A stretch of 64,000 bases of DNA from Lingula anatina (GCA_051362555.1 CM120642.1:17174001-17238000), one strand, 5' to 3'. Numbered from the stretch's first letter, positions 39,301-53,400 are shown. Made by a program: numbers and translations. Notes: a model not told the origin generated them from the letters alone.

Positions 39301-41736
39301 CGGTTCTTTCAGCGAACATGATCACGGAATGGCATTCACTATGTGAGTATAATGCCATTTGAGATAAATTTACACTACTCCATTTCTTAATGTTATTTAC
39401 AGCCTAATTATATGTTTTCGGTGTTTTTACAAAGATCATTTGGAATTAAGCATTTCTTTGTTGACTTAATATGTGTAAAAACTACACAGACAGATCATTG
39501 GCAGCGAAAGAGGTACACGTCCCTCCCTAAGTTTCTAAATTTTTCAAGTGGACATGGTACATTAAATTATATCTAGTCTCCTTCCCACTTGTGCGTCCTC
39601 CACCATCCACATGCCCTTTTGGAATTTCTGGAATCGCATGTACTTTTTAACCACAACACATTAAGGCTGTCAGGGTGTGGCATGGTATACGTGTATGGGT
39701 ATTTATCACTATTCATTATAATTACAGGCGTGACATTGTTACAACTCAGACCGATACCTCTGTTGCCGGAGTGGCGAGAGTTTCCTCCATATGCTCCATG
39801 TCCGGTTCCTGCTCTATCGTTGAGTCTTTTGGAGGCTTCAATTCGTTCATCACCGCTTCCCATGAACTGGGTCACAAGTAAGTGAAACTGGAGCCGCCTG
39901 TCTCATACACGAACTGTAGTCCGAAATTGGCCAAAACAATTTAGAGAACTTAAGTTTGGTCTACTTTAGTTTGAAATCCTTTTAGTATTGGTCTGGAACA
40001 TTGGCAATGTCGCTCTTGTTATAGAACGGCGTAATATTTCTACCTTTCATATATTTTGTCATATTTGATTAAAAGTATTGTTTAAAAGTTTAGAAGAATT
40101 TTAAGCTAATGGCTGTTGTTAAACAAGACCATGGAAACATAAACAGGTCTACGAGTGATAACCGTAAATAAGTTTGTATTTAGGTTAAACATACGAGCAT
40201 TATATTCACTGTTCATATCGGTCATTTTTGTGTTGCTGTATTTCACATAATAAGTGTATTTCTATAACTGGTTCCATCTCTTCTACGGCACTAGATATTT
40301 TGTTCGTGTTATTGAATTCCTTTTTCTGTTTGGCATCGTGTTTGGAATAGATTCTGACAAAAAAATCCGCAAAAACGTTACTTGAGTTTTATAAGCAGTT
40401 CTGAAGGTTCTCTCTGTGTGTTTCAGTCTTGGAGCTCACCATGACGGTTATGCTGGTACTTTTGGGAGAACTTATGACAATAGGGCTTGTTCCTCCAGGG
40501 CTGGGTACATTATGGCTCCATCTTCTGGCAGCTCGGATCCGACAAAAGGCTATTATTTTTCCAAATGTTCCGTTGCAAATTTCAAAGTAGCATTAGCGTG
40601 AGTAAAACTCCTATGAACATCATCTCTCTCTCTCTCTCTCTCACACACACACGTACACAGTGACACACACATTCCGCTTATTCATTTGAATTTATACAAA
40701 TCTGACTGTTGCGTTGCCTGTCTGGACTTGGATATTCATATAACATATCTCGTACCAATATATTTCAGTGAAGCGTGTTGCCTCGTTGACAAAGGCCAAT
40801 ATGAAAATTCTGAAGAATTTGCAGCACATACACAGCATCTTCCTGGACAACTATACACCGCTGATCAGCAGTGCCAGATGTTATATGGGTCGAGTTCATC
40901 GATGTGTAGGGTATGTATTGTCTAGAACATCGAATCCAATACCTGAATGCGCTCTCCATTACTTACAAATATAGATTGCGGTTTCTCCTCCCTAAAATGA
41001 AGAACTACCACAAATTTGAATTTAGTGGTTAAATATTTTTTATTGAAGTCCGCTTTTATTTCTAGAATTTCTGGCCCGTTAACCTGGTATACAGCTTAAT
41101 GGACCATGCTTGCAGCTGTTCAAATACGTGTCAGCTACATGTAGCATATCATTTTGTTACAGACATTAGGATCTTCAAACTACTGCCAGTTACTGCTCTG
41201 TAAACAGCCATCGGGCCGCTGTTTTCACAGGTTTAAACCACCGGCAGATGGCACTGATTGCGACACGAATAAGTGGTGCATACAGGGCTCATGTGTTGAC
41301 AAAAAGGCCGCCCTGCCAAAATCTCGTGGTGATAGCGGCAAGAAGACCTCGTGGTGCCCATATGGTAAGTCTGAATCGCTCCACACGCGTTGCTCTTCGT
41401 CCAAAATTAATCTGTATTGAACCAAAATCCAAAATGGTGACATATTGCTTCTCTAGCGACCGCGAGAACTTTCGATATAATGTGGACAGCAAAATGTTTG
41501 GTACCTTGATTGCAGTGAAATAGATTTTGAAAAACGTTGGTCAATCTTTACCCGACAGTCTTTTTTTCTTGTTTGCAAGAGAATGTTTTCCCGCCAATTA
41601 AACTTAAGGCCTTGTCCTTACATCTTAAACTACAGTAGTGTCCTCCGATGATCGTCATGTTTCCAAATCAAGTACTTTTACAATATGTTTAAAGTAAACA
41701 GCCCTTCAAACCATTAAAAACCATCAATTTGAGAAA

Positions 41737-41803
<67 letters not shown>

Positions 41804-42975
41804 CCCCCAGGATGGCCCGGTAAGCTGTGCACTGCTGACGACTTCGCGAAAATTAACGTCGGCAAGGGATGGGAAACATGCAAAGCGGCCATCGCCCGAG
41901 ATGGCGACAGATTGTGCGCAAGTGCTCAAATCAGGGCTTCCGGTTTCTGTTGCATCCAATGTTACTATCATAAGCAATCTAAATTGACAGGTAAATACGA
42001 GAAACTATGCATTTTGAACTTTATTCGTGGATGTCGCACATGTTCTTCTCAACAGGTTGAGGACTGCATTTAAAAGAATGTGGAAATTGCTTTTTTCCTC
42101 TTTCTGGGAATATATTTTCCGGAATATCGTTAGGCAGACAACGGAAACTTAGAAATGACGCCGTGTTGTAAAATTCGAATGTCAGCTGATATGGCATTTT
42201 ACTATCGTCATAGGAACCTGTCTACAGGACGAGATTCAGAAATGCATTTATGTATTTATTTACCTTTTAAATCAATTTATTGATTTATTTATTTATGTTA
42301 AAGGTACTTGGAGTGATTGGGGCCAGTGGAGCAGATGCAGCGCCACCTGCGGGGGCGGCACCCGCACGCGCACCCGTACATGTCCAAATGGTCAAAAATG
42401 CCCTGGTGACAGTTCACAGACTGAAGGATGCAATGCAAACGCTTGTAAGTCTTGTTTTCAGAGATAAAAATTTATAATTTTAAAGCGTAAAACAGTGGAA
42501 TAATATCAGTACATGTACCTACACAAACAATGTGAACATACCAAAACGTGCATAATCACAATCACAGTCACAAAGATATAATTTTATAATCTTAAGCTAT
42601 TACTTATGCAAATTTGTCGTAAAGTAAAACAGTAGAATAATACCAGTACATGCAGCATGAGGACATACCAAAAACGTGAACAATCACATGTGGTCCAGCG
42701 ATATGTTGAAATGTCCAAATGTTCTTAAAGGTGGCACCTGGTCTGACTGGACTGCCTGGACCACGTGCACTGTCACGTGTGCCGGCGGAAGTCAGACAAG
42801 AGCAAGAACATGTAATGGCGGAAGTGACTGTCCTGGAAGTGCTTCTGAATCCCAGGACTGTAACACCCGTGCTTGCCTTGCTAGTGAGTACACTAGGGAT
42901 ATATTAATAGAATAAGATTTTTTTGTTTCAAAGAATTTTTCAAAGTGTGGAAATCCTGCCCAAAATTAACCCGCT

Positions 42976-43026
<51 letters not shown>

Positions 43027-46000
43027 TTAAACTACTTGAAAAATAGAATGTATAGTGATCCACCATTTATAATGGTTTGGAATATACTGTTCTGAAAATT
43101 GCCACACATGCCTGTTGTCGATAATGTGCAGAAAATATTTTGAAAAGGTGCCTGTTTTAATATTTGCTGCAGTACACGCACAGGGTTACTACTTAATATG
43201 GAATATTTTTTATCATTGTTATTTTTGAGTGCTGATTAAATTTTTTTGGCTTGATTCATCAAAAAAGTACATCATTGAGTGAGAAAAATATCCAGTCTTC
43301 TATTGTGAGATATTTTGGTCAATAATATCAAATCTGACATAAGATGTCATTCAAAAGAAAAGAACACCCCCAGAAAACCATATCAACAGTTTGATGTCAG
43401 TATTAACTTTAAACTAAGATATTAAAGAAAATGATAGCCTCCGGCCAGTGATATGTTACACAGTCAAAGAAATCATTACAGTAAATCATGAAAAGTCATC
43501 AATAGCGGGTATGACCTCCAGCAGCCGATTGCAGCGCCCTCTTCCTACATGCCATACCCTGTGACAAGTTTTTTAGAGTTTGGATGGGGATATCATTCCA
43601 CGCAGTGATATTTACCTGTCGCATTTCATCACTATTTACCGGCCGATGACCATAGCTATTAAATCTCTGAGTTACTTCCGCCCACAGATTTTCAATTGGG
43701 TTCATTACTGGGGAGTTTGCAGGCCAGGGCAGTTGCTGAACCCATTGGTTTTGAAGAAAAACAGTGATTCTGCGAGCTCGATGTGGGGTTGCACAGTCGT
43801 CTTGGTACACAAAGTTGTTCCTAAATATGACTATTGCAAATCGAAGCATTGTTTGCTGTAGAATGTCTCTGTAGGAACCCTGGTTGAGGTTGCCTACTAG
43901 AAAAACCAACTGGTTCTGGGCACCGGCATGGAATGCTCCCCAAACAGAGACGTTACCACCCCCTGCTTGCACCCTAGGTAGTACACAATCATCGTTTTAT
44001 GCCTTTCATACACGTCGGCGGACACGAATTCGACAGTCAACCCCCAAAATTCCAAAGCTGGCCTCATCACTGAAAACGACGTGATTCCAGTGTTTTGGCT
44101 GCAAACGCACGTGGTCCCCAGCCCATTGCAGACGTCGCTGTATATGACCTGCTGTTAACAGTGGTTTCCATACTGCTCTTCGTGCAAAATAACCAGTTTG
44201 CTGTAATCTCTTGTTCACAAGGGACCTTGAAACGGGCGTTTGAATGGCATTTTGCCACTCTTTTTTGAGGACACTGGTTGTCTTTTTACGACCAGCACGG
44301 CGCACTCTAAGGAGAAGGCGATCCTGTCTTCTTGGTGTGGTACGCGGACACCCTGGTGGACGTATTGGAGTAGGTGCCCCTGTTGTAGCATTTGTTTGGA
44401 GGACTTTACTAACGGTTCCTGACAAATGTTGAATTGTCTGGCAGTGGCTGTCCGTTTCTAGCCATTTTCTCTGAGAGCAAGAATCCCATAGTAAGCTGCG
44501 TTGCTTAGCTGTCGAACCATATCTTCTATAAGGTACCTGACAAGTTTCAGAGAGATCCCTTTGTTGCTTCTCAAAATACACTCCAAAGATTGACCAAACC
44601 CATGCGTTTTTATACAAGGGCAGAAATTGCCGAAAAGACCACCCCTCACATTTCTGACCACAGAACATGCAACTGCTTACATTAATTGTTTCGAAAGTTG
44701 CATGGTAATTAGGTAACACACCTGGCTACACATAAAGTGACACATCAGTTTTGGATTTAAAAGAGTAAGAGAGAAAATAAATACTTTGTAGAAAATTTAC
44801 TCGCCAAAAAAATAATATCCCATATTAAGTAGTAACCCTGTACATTAAGGCAAATGGCAGTGGGGTGCCTGGACCTCGTGTTCAGCTTCATGTGGTAGAG
44901 GAACCCAAACTAGAAAGATGTTATGTAACGGAGGGAAATGTGCTGGCGGCGACATCACAGACACCCAGGACTGCAACACCAAAGACTGTACAAGTAAGAC
45001 GTGCTATCTGATTGTTACAAATGTATGTGTACGTATAGACAAAAATTTTCAGTAGCTGATATGTTTTGGATAAGCTGTTTTTTTTAATAGAGTATGGATT
45101 GGTGATGTTATGGGCGATTTTTATTCGCACATCTCACATTGTTCAAAGGGATTTACTTTCCATCTCATAAAAGCTATTCGCCCGGCTAGAACACATAATG
45201 TATCACACCTTTAAGGATGACTATTTGTGATGCAGTTCCTTCTGCCAGTAACACCAACAAATGAGAGCGTTCCTGCTTGTGAATAAAAATCATGGTTTGG
45301 CCTAATTAGTATATAAATATTTGTAACTCCTAACCAAAAGATTCCATAGCTGTAAGTAATTTCTTTACTAAGAAAATGTAAACCGATGTGCCGGTGTTAC
45401 GTGACAGAGAGTCCCTTATGATATCTGAGTCCGCTTCCCATTCATTTGTACAGGTTAGCCTCGTCCTAGATTTTGACCCAATCGGGTCAGGCTCACCCTA
45501 ACCATTATAACTAAATGGAGGACTGATTCTCTGTTGCACGGATCCTCATTTTCGTTTTAATTTTCGTCATACTACTTGGCATGGATAGCTTCCAATCTAG
45601 TATGTTATTAAGTATATGTTGTTATATTATTAAATGCGATGGTCAGTGGTTGTAAGACGATCATCAAACTATAATAGCTTTTTGAACATGGTGAATATGA
45701 AATTAAATGTATATTATGCGAGGTTTTCAAAATGACCCTAATGGGAGAGGCGTGTGTATAAAACCCATGAAGTCAATTCACTTTGTCATATTCAAAATAC
45801 AACCATTTAATTTTGCGAAAAAATACTGCTGTTTTTTCATAGATGTCGCTGTTGACGGCAATTGGAGTGACTGGACTTCCTCGTCAGGCTGCAGCGTCAC
45901 CTGTGGATCTGGAGTCAAGGCGATAGCAAAACTCTGTAACAACCCGGCGCCTTCAAACGGTGGTTCTTACTGCTGCTACAAAGGAGTGTGTCGGTACGAC

Positions 46001-47012
46001 CGCCTAAACGGCAAAACTTCGTGTGATGCTGGCCGATGTGGCGATGCAGGTAATGAGACAAAACAGTTGACTTTGTCATAATTATGGCACTGTCCTTTTA
46101 CGTCTGACTGCAATTCTGCTGTTCTGTCTTTCTGTCTATTTATTGTCATCATGTGGCTATAAGCAAAGCTTCAACCAGACTGTCATGGGAAAATATATCT
46201 TGATTTCATGAAGAAGCTATTTTTCAAATAATTTGATTTATATTAACATAAAATTACATTATTCTGTATGAATTATAATTTCATGAATTGTAGTTGACGG
46301 CAATTGGGGCTCATGGCAGGCCTGGAGCACGTGTGACTCAAGCTGCAGGAGAACCCGCGTCATGAACTGTGACAACCCCGCTCCCAGCAAAGGCGGAAAG
46401 GGTTGTTCCTATAACAACCAGTGTTGTTACACGCGTCTGCGACAAGGAGGCAGTTGCACTGGAGGAGCCTGTGGTAAATATTTCTAATAAATAAATAAAT
46501 AGAATTATTCAGATAAGAAAAGAATTGTTTTAAATGACCAGCATTTATTTTAAGTCGCGTTTTAAAGACTGTCATTTTCACAGGTTATGATAAGTTAAGA
46601 TAATTAATAGAAAAAGGATTACTTCCCGCATTTCCAAATTATTGTCAGTTTCGTTTGTGTTTTCAAGCTAAAACAAGGTTACTGCGTATAATATCTTCAC
46701 ACGAACGATGTATTCTTTTTCTAAGCAGCAAATGTCTTCATAAAGTCTTTTGCAGTTTGATACTCTCTTAGACCTAGTTGTATAATATTTAAGTTGTATG
46801 ATAGTAAAAATGTATTTACATGATTTTTATGAGATTAATAAACGTAGAGTAATTATAAATAAACTTTGGTTAAAGCCACCAAATATATTGGAACAAACGA
46901 CAGTATTAAATTTCATGAAGATGCTTAGAGGAAACATTGCTCGCAAACTATATAATGATTTGTTTTGCAAATATATTATGGACACACTTTCTATTTTTCA
47001 GCTGGCAAATAA
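35649..47012 (+). CDS. ADAMTS-like M12B metalloprotease, paralog B, full length with prodomain; possibly compromised by an in-frame TAG in the putative signal-peptide exon
   Basis: Exons at ~35649-35709, 36070-36280 (FDAHGKSFDLRLKRN prodomain), 36828-36914, 37093-37220, 37694-37983 (furin-type RSKR, VELMVCTD), 38407-38483, 39175-39341, 39728-39877, 40427-40597 (spliced HELGHNLGAHHD, IMAP), 40768-40909, 41163-41363, 41811-41989, TSP1 exons 42304-42444, 42731-42883, 45843-46049, 46294-46473, and last exon 47002-47012. Confidence 0.85.
36395..36700 (+). mobile_element. Helentron-associated (DINE-1/HINE-like) non-autonomous element
   Basis: Subterminal inverted pair tccgccaag (5') / cttggcggaggt (3'), a short gttt repeat near the 5' end, and a 3' stem-loop followed by a T run. 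Confidence 0.55.
41738..41787. repeat. (TA)n microsatellite abutting a splice acceptor
   Basis: Read directly. Other simple repeats: (AAT)n 42976-43024, (TA)n 50345-50415, (GA)n 54282-54320, poly-A 32259-32302. Confidence 0.95.
43181..44840 (-). mobile_element. Tc1-family (DD34E) DNA transposon, 1660 bp, decayed
   Basis: TIR cagggttactacttaatatgg ... ccatattaagtagtaaccctg. Inserted at a TA (paralog A has agtacacgTA at this site; the left TA is mutated to CA here). Confidence 0.92.
43499..44520 (-). pseudogene. Tc1 transposase, disrupted
   Basis: HTH region PGCPRTTPRRQDR, KPLLTAGHIQRRLQWA, WNHVVFSDE, VSVWGAF, YQDDCATPH, WPANSPVMNPIENLW (34 residues between the second D and E), GGHTRY end. 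Stops and frameshifts split it over ORFs 44458-44661, 44006-44719 and 43499-43972. Confidence 0.9.
44858..44993 (+). pseudogene. Decayed TSP1 exon of paralog B with its splice acceptor deleted
   Basis: Homologous to 6284-6433 but lacks tttttagccccaacttggaccc (the acceptor and first codons); lies just downstream of the Tc1 insertion. Confidence 0.7.
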
Positions 47013-47796
47013 TTCGACGCCAAAAAGGCGCTTACAACCAATTTAGGACTGCTCCACATGATAGATGTCGTATTACGCTGTCCGAAGAAAACGAGCAAAT
47101 GTAATACAATATACACTGAATTGAAGTAATGCAATATTTTGCTTTATAAGTTGGTAAACTTTAAACTTTTCATGTTTATATCAAGTAAAAGTAGAATAAA
47201 TGATTGCCGTAGCGTGTACTGGTATTCTGCTACACAGCAACTTAAAAAAAAATGGAGTTAATATTTCATTGTATGTCTAAATCTCTGTCAAATGAGATTT
47301 CGAATGTGTTTAAACATTCCATATACAGAAATTAGAAATATACGTTTACCATTGCACAGAATGGCGTTGTCTGTTTTAAAATGCGTTCCTGTAGCTCACT
47401 TGCTTCCCCCTATCTTATAATGAAGGAAGAGGTAATAAAACTCGAGTTAATCGAAAGTAGACTGTATTTTCAGTCACGCATTATAACATGGAAGACTTCA
47501 TTGAGCTCAATAACTGTCGTGCTCTGGAACCAATTTGAAAGTATTTCACGACATCAAACATTGGTTGGGGTTGTGTTGTCGTCACACCAAGAGGTAAAAG
47601 ATCTCCACGTTGGTTAAACATTTTATTGTATGTTTGTTCAGTAACAAGATGGGTAAAAATTTCCACGAAAATTGATTGTATCCGCGTTTTTTAAAAACTT
47701 TTCAACGAAACGTAACATTTCCTTATCCAAGACACAGCCCACACATTTTAGAAAGTTCTGAAATATACATATTGAATTCTTGGAGGTGTCACTCAC

Positions 47797-48090
47797 CGTA
47801 CACATTTCCGAACCACTTCAATATAACATCTGGTATTGCTGATCGGCGGTGTATATCTGCCCCGTCGTCCCTGCAGGGACACAGTAATTAAATCTCGGCC
47901 CGATTCAACTGGTCGAGGGTCAACGCGTGGGGATCCGTGTGAGAGGTGGAAAGACCATTACAGGATTAAGCGGTCTTCCTTTCATGTAGGTCCGCCATAT
48001 TTAGGTCGCGGCCTTACTAGCACTCGGCTCTTCTCGATCTGAATGGCCCCATATTGTGCACCATCTTCGTACTGAAGACAGCACACATTT
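47797..48090 (-). pseudogene. Copy-B version of the inverted ADAMTS pseudo-exon, interrupted by a MITE fragment (47866-48050)
   Basis: The reverse complement gives tttcag|...CCL... and ...YTADQQYQMLY...MCT|gtgagt on either side of the insertion. Confidence 0.65.
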
Positions 48091-48137
48091 CTGAAAAACA
48101 AATGAATTTCCTTATTAGAAACGGACGAATAACTCGT

Positions 48138-48177
<40 letters not shown>

Positions 48178-49111
48178 TTATTCCAAGACATCATCATCAT
48201 TCATTTTAGGAGAAGGCTTTGTTATTGATGTCGCTCATAACAAAGCCTTCCTGTAAAATAAATGGTATTTTTTTCATGTGGTCGCGATTTTCAAATGAAG
48301 TTTGTGTTGAACATTCGTGCAGTTTTTCTTTGTTCTCATTTTCAATTCCTGCTTAAATCCGGGGCTCTATAACTCGAAAGCTTTGCAAACAGCGACCGCA
48401 CGCAAGCATCATTTTTGGATAAAAAGTCCTACGAATTTTGCCTCAATTTTCAGCCTTCCATGATAAGAGCCTGGCACGTAAGGCCAAAAGCTGAAGCAAC
48501 TAAGAGTTATGTTGCACAGGCGATGAATTTGTGGACGCAGTATGATAACTGTTAAATGACTTATATCTAGCATCTTCAATGATAGAACACTTGCATTCGT
48601 TGCTTTCCCTTCTTTTTCTATTTTTAAGTGTTTTCTAAAGCTAATGATTAAATGACATTGCTCTGAAAACACTATAAGAATGGCTTTTGGGTTTTTTTTT
48701 TTTTTACTTACCAAGACTTCAAAGAAAACCGAAATCAAAGAAAGCGGACTACCGCAGTTAAACTACTGTTCACCTGAGCAATCAAGTGCCTGTATGTGTT
48801 GCAAAGACCGGTCAGTACATCGATAATTCTAAAGGTCAAGGCTTCGGAGAGAAGACTTTGTGTGACAAGTTTATTGTTAGTGCTGCTGGGGTTAACCTTG
48901 ATCACGTAGCTAGCCTAACCACAGTGGTCGGAACGTAAAGAGAAATAGCACGGGCACTAATGAGCGTTCATTCAGTTGAGATATCTTTGGCAGGACGACC
49001 TGTCACCCGCGGTGACACCGATAAAGCAAGGAAATGCATCGGTTTACAAACTAAAATTTAAATTATTGAGACTGGACAGCCGAGTTTCCGGTCATCAAAT
49101 CGTGCTGCTGC

Positions 49112-50339
49112 ATGAAAACTATGGCGAGAGGTTTGGTATTGACAGTATTCGTCTTTCAGACATTTCTGTCTGCACAAACTAGGACAATCTATGGATTTGA
49201 CCACGCGTTTCGTTTGAATCAAACAAAAGACAGTCAAAGCTCAGCAGATTTAGTAACTCACTCGCCATCATCAGAAGTCTTAAAGGATCAGGGGAAATGG
49301 TGGTCCTACTCAGAAGGGAATACATCACTTTGGGTGACCAAGCTCCAGGAAATACTTGCCACTCCATTGCGGCGTTTTAACGAGGTCAAGATGGTGCTCC
49401 CCAAATCTGACGCCATTTTGAATATCTCTGCAAACTGCAAAGAGGACGTTAAGATATATCTTCGCGCTCTACATGATAGTGAGCCATGGGCGTTACAAAG
49501 TAAGTTCATGGCTGTATATAGCATGATGTTATACAAAAGAATAACATATCTAACAGAATGAATACTATTTGGTTATACTGTCACGCAAAGATTTTAATTG
49601 ATTTCTTCGGTAAAATAGTGGGTAGCGGACGGAGGATCATTTTTATCATAAAACGGTTGTAAACGTATGTATATATGACTGATACGGCTGTTGGTTCCTA
49701 AAAACTGAAGATCATGACGTTATATTAGCTCAGAATCTTGTGACGTATTACAGCGCGGTCTATGTGCTCTTTTAATAAAGAGCATTAAAATGTTTATAAC
49801 ATGTTTGGTATTTTTCTACTTCATTTAATAAATAGAGATAATTTTGTAAATAGTTAATCTTAAATATATCACCATTCCAGTGTACGATGCCTCCGGTCGT
49901 CCTGCCAGTGCCATTGCTGAGGGTCATTTCCTGTGGCTAGGGTCCTTTGACCAATGTCTAGAGACGCAGGTCCAGTTCACTGGCCGTAGCAAGTATTGTA
50001 CTGTGCACTTCCCGTTCTTAAAGACCAAGGTATACCAGATTTTAAGGGTGGAATCTGATGAAATACTGCTTTACTTCATTTAAGACTTAAAAAGAGGAGG
50101 AAAGATCTTTTGTAGACTAGGGCAGTTTTGAATTGGAGTGGTTTCATATAGAATATATAGAATTTTATTCATGTCCTTTCTGCATATCATTTCGGCCCGT
50201 TACATTTTATGTCACATCAAACGATTATATTAATAGCATATTTTTATCATTGTTTTAGTTTAAGATTCATCTTGTTTTTAATATAATCTTATTTTATATT
50301 TTGTCATTCACCATAACATAAGCATTTGGTTTCGTCAAA

Positions 50340-50417
<78 letters not shown>

Positions 50418-53400
50418 GTTATTTCCTGTAAACGGTTGAAAACGAAGAAATGGCAGCATGTGAAAATGCATTATGTCAAAATATTTAAAGGAGTTAATTA
50501 CAGTAAACCTAAAAGAATGGGACAGATATATTCAGAGTACATGTATAAGGGAATGAATGAAGAAGCATGACGACGTTAAATCGAGAGTGCGAGGTGTATG
50601 TTGACACCATGCACAGCCGATGTGACAGGAATGGTACTTGTAGTCCTAGGAATGGAAGTCCGGGGCTCCGTATCTCGAAAGGTTCGCTATGTTGCGCACG
50701 TGCGTTAGTGTCTCGATTCCATAACCGATTCTATTTCGAGATACGGGGCCATGGAATCGAGACACTTGCGCACGTGCGCTACATAGCGAACCTTTCGAGA
50801 TACGGAGCCCTGGATCCCATGTGATTAGCACAGGTTAGGGTTAGTCGGAGTAATTAGGGTTAGTATATGGGACGCATGGCACCTGGACAAAGTAATGGGG
50901 AAAGGACATCGGTTTCTAGACAACTTCCATTCCTGTTACACCGGCGTTTATTTGATTTTCGTTTTTATCCAGGATTCTAGCCTCAATATCACCCTAGGGA
51001 TATGTATGTCAAGTCAGTGCAGTGAAGGTGACTTGGAGGTTCTGATCGCGCATGCTGGTGAGTTTCCTTTTTTTTTTTTTTTTTTTGCAATTCCCTCTCT
51101 GCGTTATCGGATTCATTGGGTTTTATATCTCTAAAGTGATCATATACCAGCAGTGCTCAATAGCAAGTCTTAAATCCAGGCCTACCCAACTACCAGACTC
51201 GGCACCGAATGATCCAGAATTCACCGGTAAATCGGACCACACTACCCGTTTTCAAGGTGTGTATCAGATCGCATTACATAGTATCAGACGCGACACCGCT
51301 CTTGCCTAGTACGCGATGTGATAGTGACGATTCTCAGCGGGGTTGAAAAGCATTGCATCACCACTCAAAATTTGTTCAGGGTATGATACTATGTAATGCG
51401 ATCTGATACACACCTTGAAAACGGGTAGTGTGGTCTGATCTACCGGTGAATTCTGGATCATTCGGTGCCGAGTCTGGTAGTTGGGTAGAGCAGGGCGATA
51501 GCTCGGATTTGATATTTGTATGAGAATATAAACCAATATCAAACCCGAGCTGTGTCCTGTAACACACGGTTTACGTCTTCTGAAATGTTACTAAGCTGCA
51601 AATGACCATAATTAGGTGAGCTGTTAGCTCTTCTTTTCTTACTTTTACCCATAATCTCGCAGCGTCACCAGCGCAAGTTCCAGTAATTACACTGCCACCA
51701 CATTCACATACACGTATTACAAGGCAGAACCTACAGCTTGAATGCATTAGATGGGCTGTAGTATTATTATTGCAGTCCTGTTGTTGTTCTATTGTGCTAG
51801 GAGATTTGATGAAAGTCAATGACTACTCACTCTTGATGTATTTTCCAAATCTTCATTCCATCACACAAAACACCACAAAATTCAACAGGAAGTTCAAAGA
51901 TGCCCCCAGTCCTATAGTCAGAGATATGTGCAGATGGCATTGATGATCTGCGATCATCTCATTATGCAATGATTTGCTCGCAATTCGTTCAGTTGAGAAA
52001 TTAGATTTGTTAAAGGTACTCTATGTGGAATTTACACACCACATAGAGCCTTTCCTTTGAGATTTTTCTCCTACTTGCGAACCTTTCCTCGACCCGTCCC
52101 TGCACTTGGATTCTATATATATATTGTTTCCATTCACTACCATGCAGTAATTGACACACCTATAGGTTATAGTGTTCACACGATTAAAGAGGGTAAAAAA
52201 GTAATGAAAAAAGAACGGTGAATGAAAAACGCAAAAATTAATTGAAGAGAAGATAAACTGCGTATCGGTACGAAAATAACCATTAATTGTTTCTGTGTTT
52301 TTTCTCCTCAGATCTGCCTCTGTCCATCAACGCCACGTTCATAAGGCCGTTAAGTGTGCGCTGCCACACGCCAAAGCAGCTCTCCTCACTGGCGGGTGAC
52401 CCGATGGCCATAACAGCCCTGTAGGTAACGCTAGTATTTCGTTTAGCAACCCTGCATGCAATTGTCTGTAACTACATAAGCCCCCATTCCCAGAGATTAG
52501 ATCGATCCAACTAGATCGACCTAACTCCCTGGGGGTTCACGCTAACTAGCTGTCCGCCGTGCGGGCACGAAAGTTAATTACCCCCTTACAGCTTGTAGTA
52601 GGCGGGAAGGACATTTAAGCCGGATTATCTGACAGTAATCTAGTGAGACTCCCCACGGGGATAGATCGATCTAAAATCTATGGGAATGCGCCCTAAGTCT
52701 AGGCCGATTAATATAAGGATCATGCAGATGGTGATTAAGTAGGCCTTGGGGGGTAATCAGTTGAAATAGTTACACTGAAGCTAGCTTAACCCTGACTTTA
52801 AGAGATATCTGATAACTGGACCCTCCCGTCCTTTTCAGTATCCATTGAAATTCATGCGTTTAAATTAAAAGCTTGTTTATTATTTCAATCTGGCGACTTA
52901 TTTTAGAAAGCTACATTGATTGTATTTCTCTTATAGCGAACAGGATTAGACAAATTTAATTTGTATATGTAATCTGACATGGCAAATGTTGGTCATGTTT
53001 ACTTTTGCTTACATGAAAATAAATGAAAAAGTAGATGAAACTGTTGTAATATTATCCTGGTGATACTGCTTTTCAACTATTCACAGGTGTGTTGTAGCAG
53101 TGATTATTCTAGTGACCTGTACTTCAAGTATTTACGAGGTTTACCATGACAGAATGATGAAAAGAAACTTGCCAATAGATAAGATAGAACAAGTGAGACC
53201 CCTGCCAAACATCACGAGCCCCATGTCTCGACCACACGAGAGTTTGCGCGTGGAGCGTTTTGCACCTATAATGACAGACCGCCAGTCTTTGTTAGGGTCA
53301 CAAGAAGAGCCAGAATCAACACCAAGTAAGCACGTGTTAGAAATCATTTTTTTATCATTTAAAATTTTAAGAAATGAGAATAAAAAATGACATTAAGATT

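Noticed and set aside
1021-49449. A/B duplication as an uncollapsed-haplotype assembly artefact
   Set aside because: The copies differ by many amino-acid changes, distinct TE insertions and exon-level deletions, which fits true paralogy better; read depth would be needed to exclude it fully.
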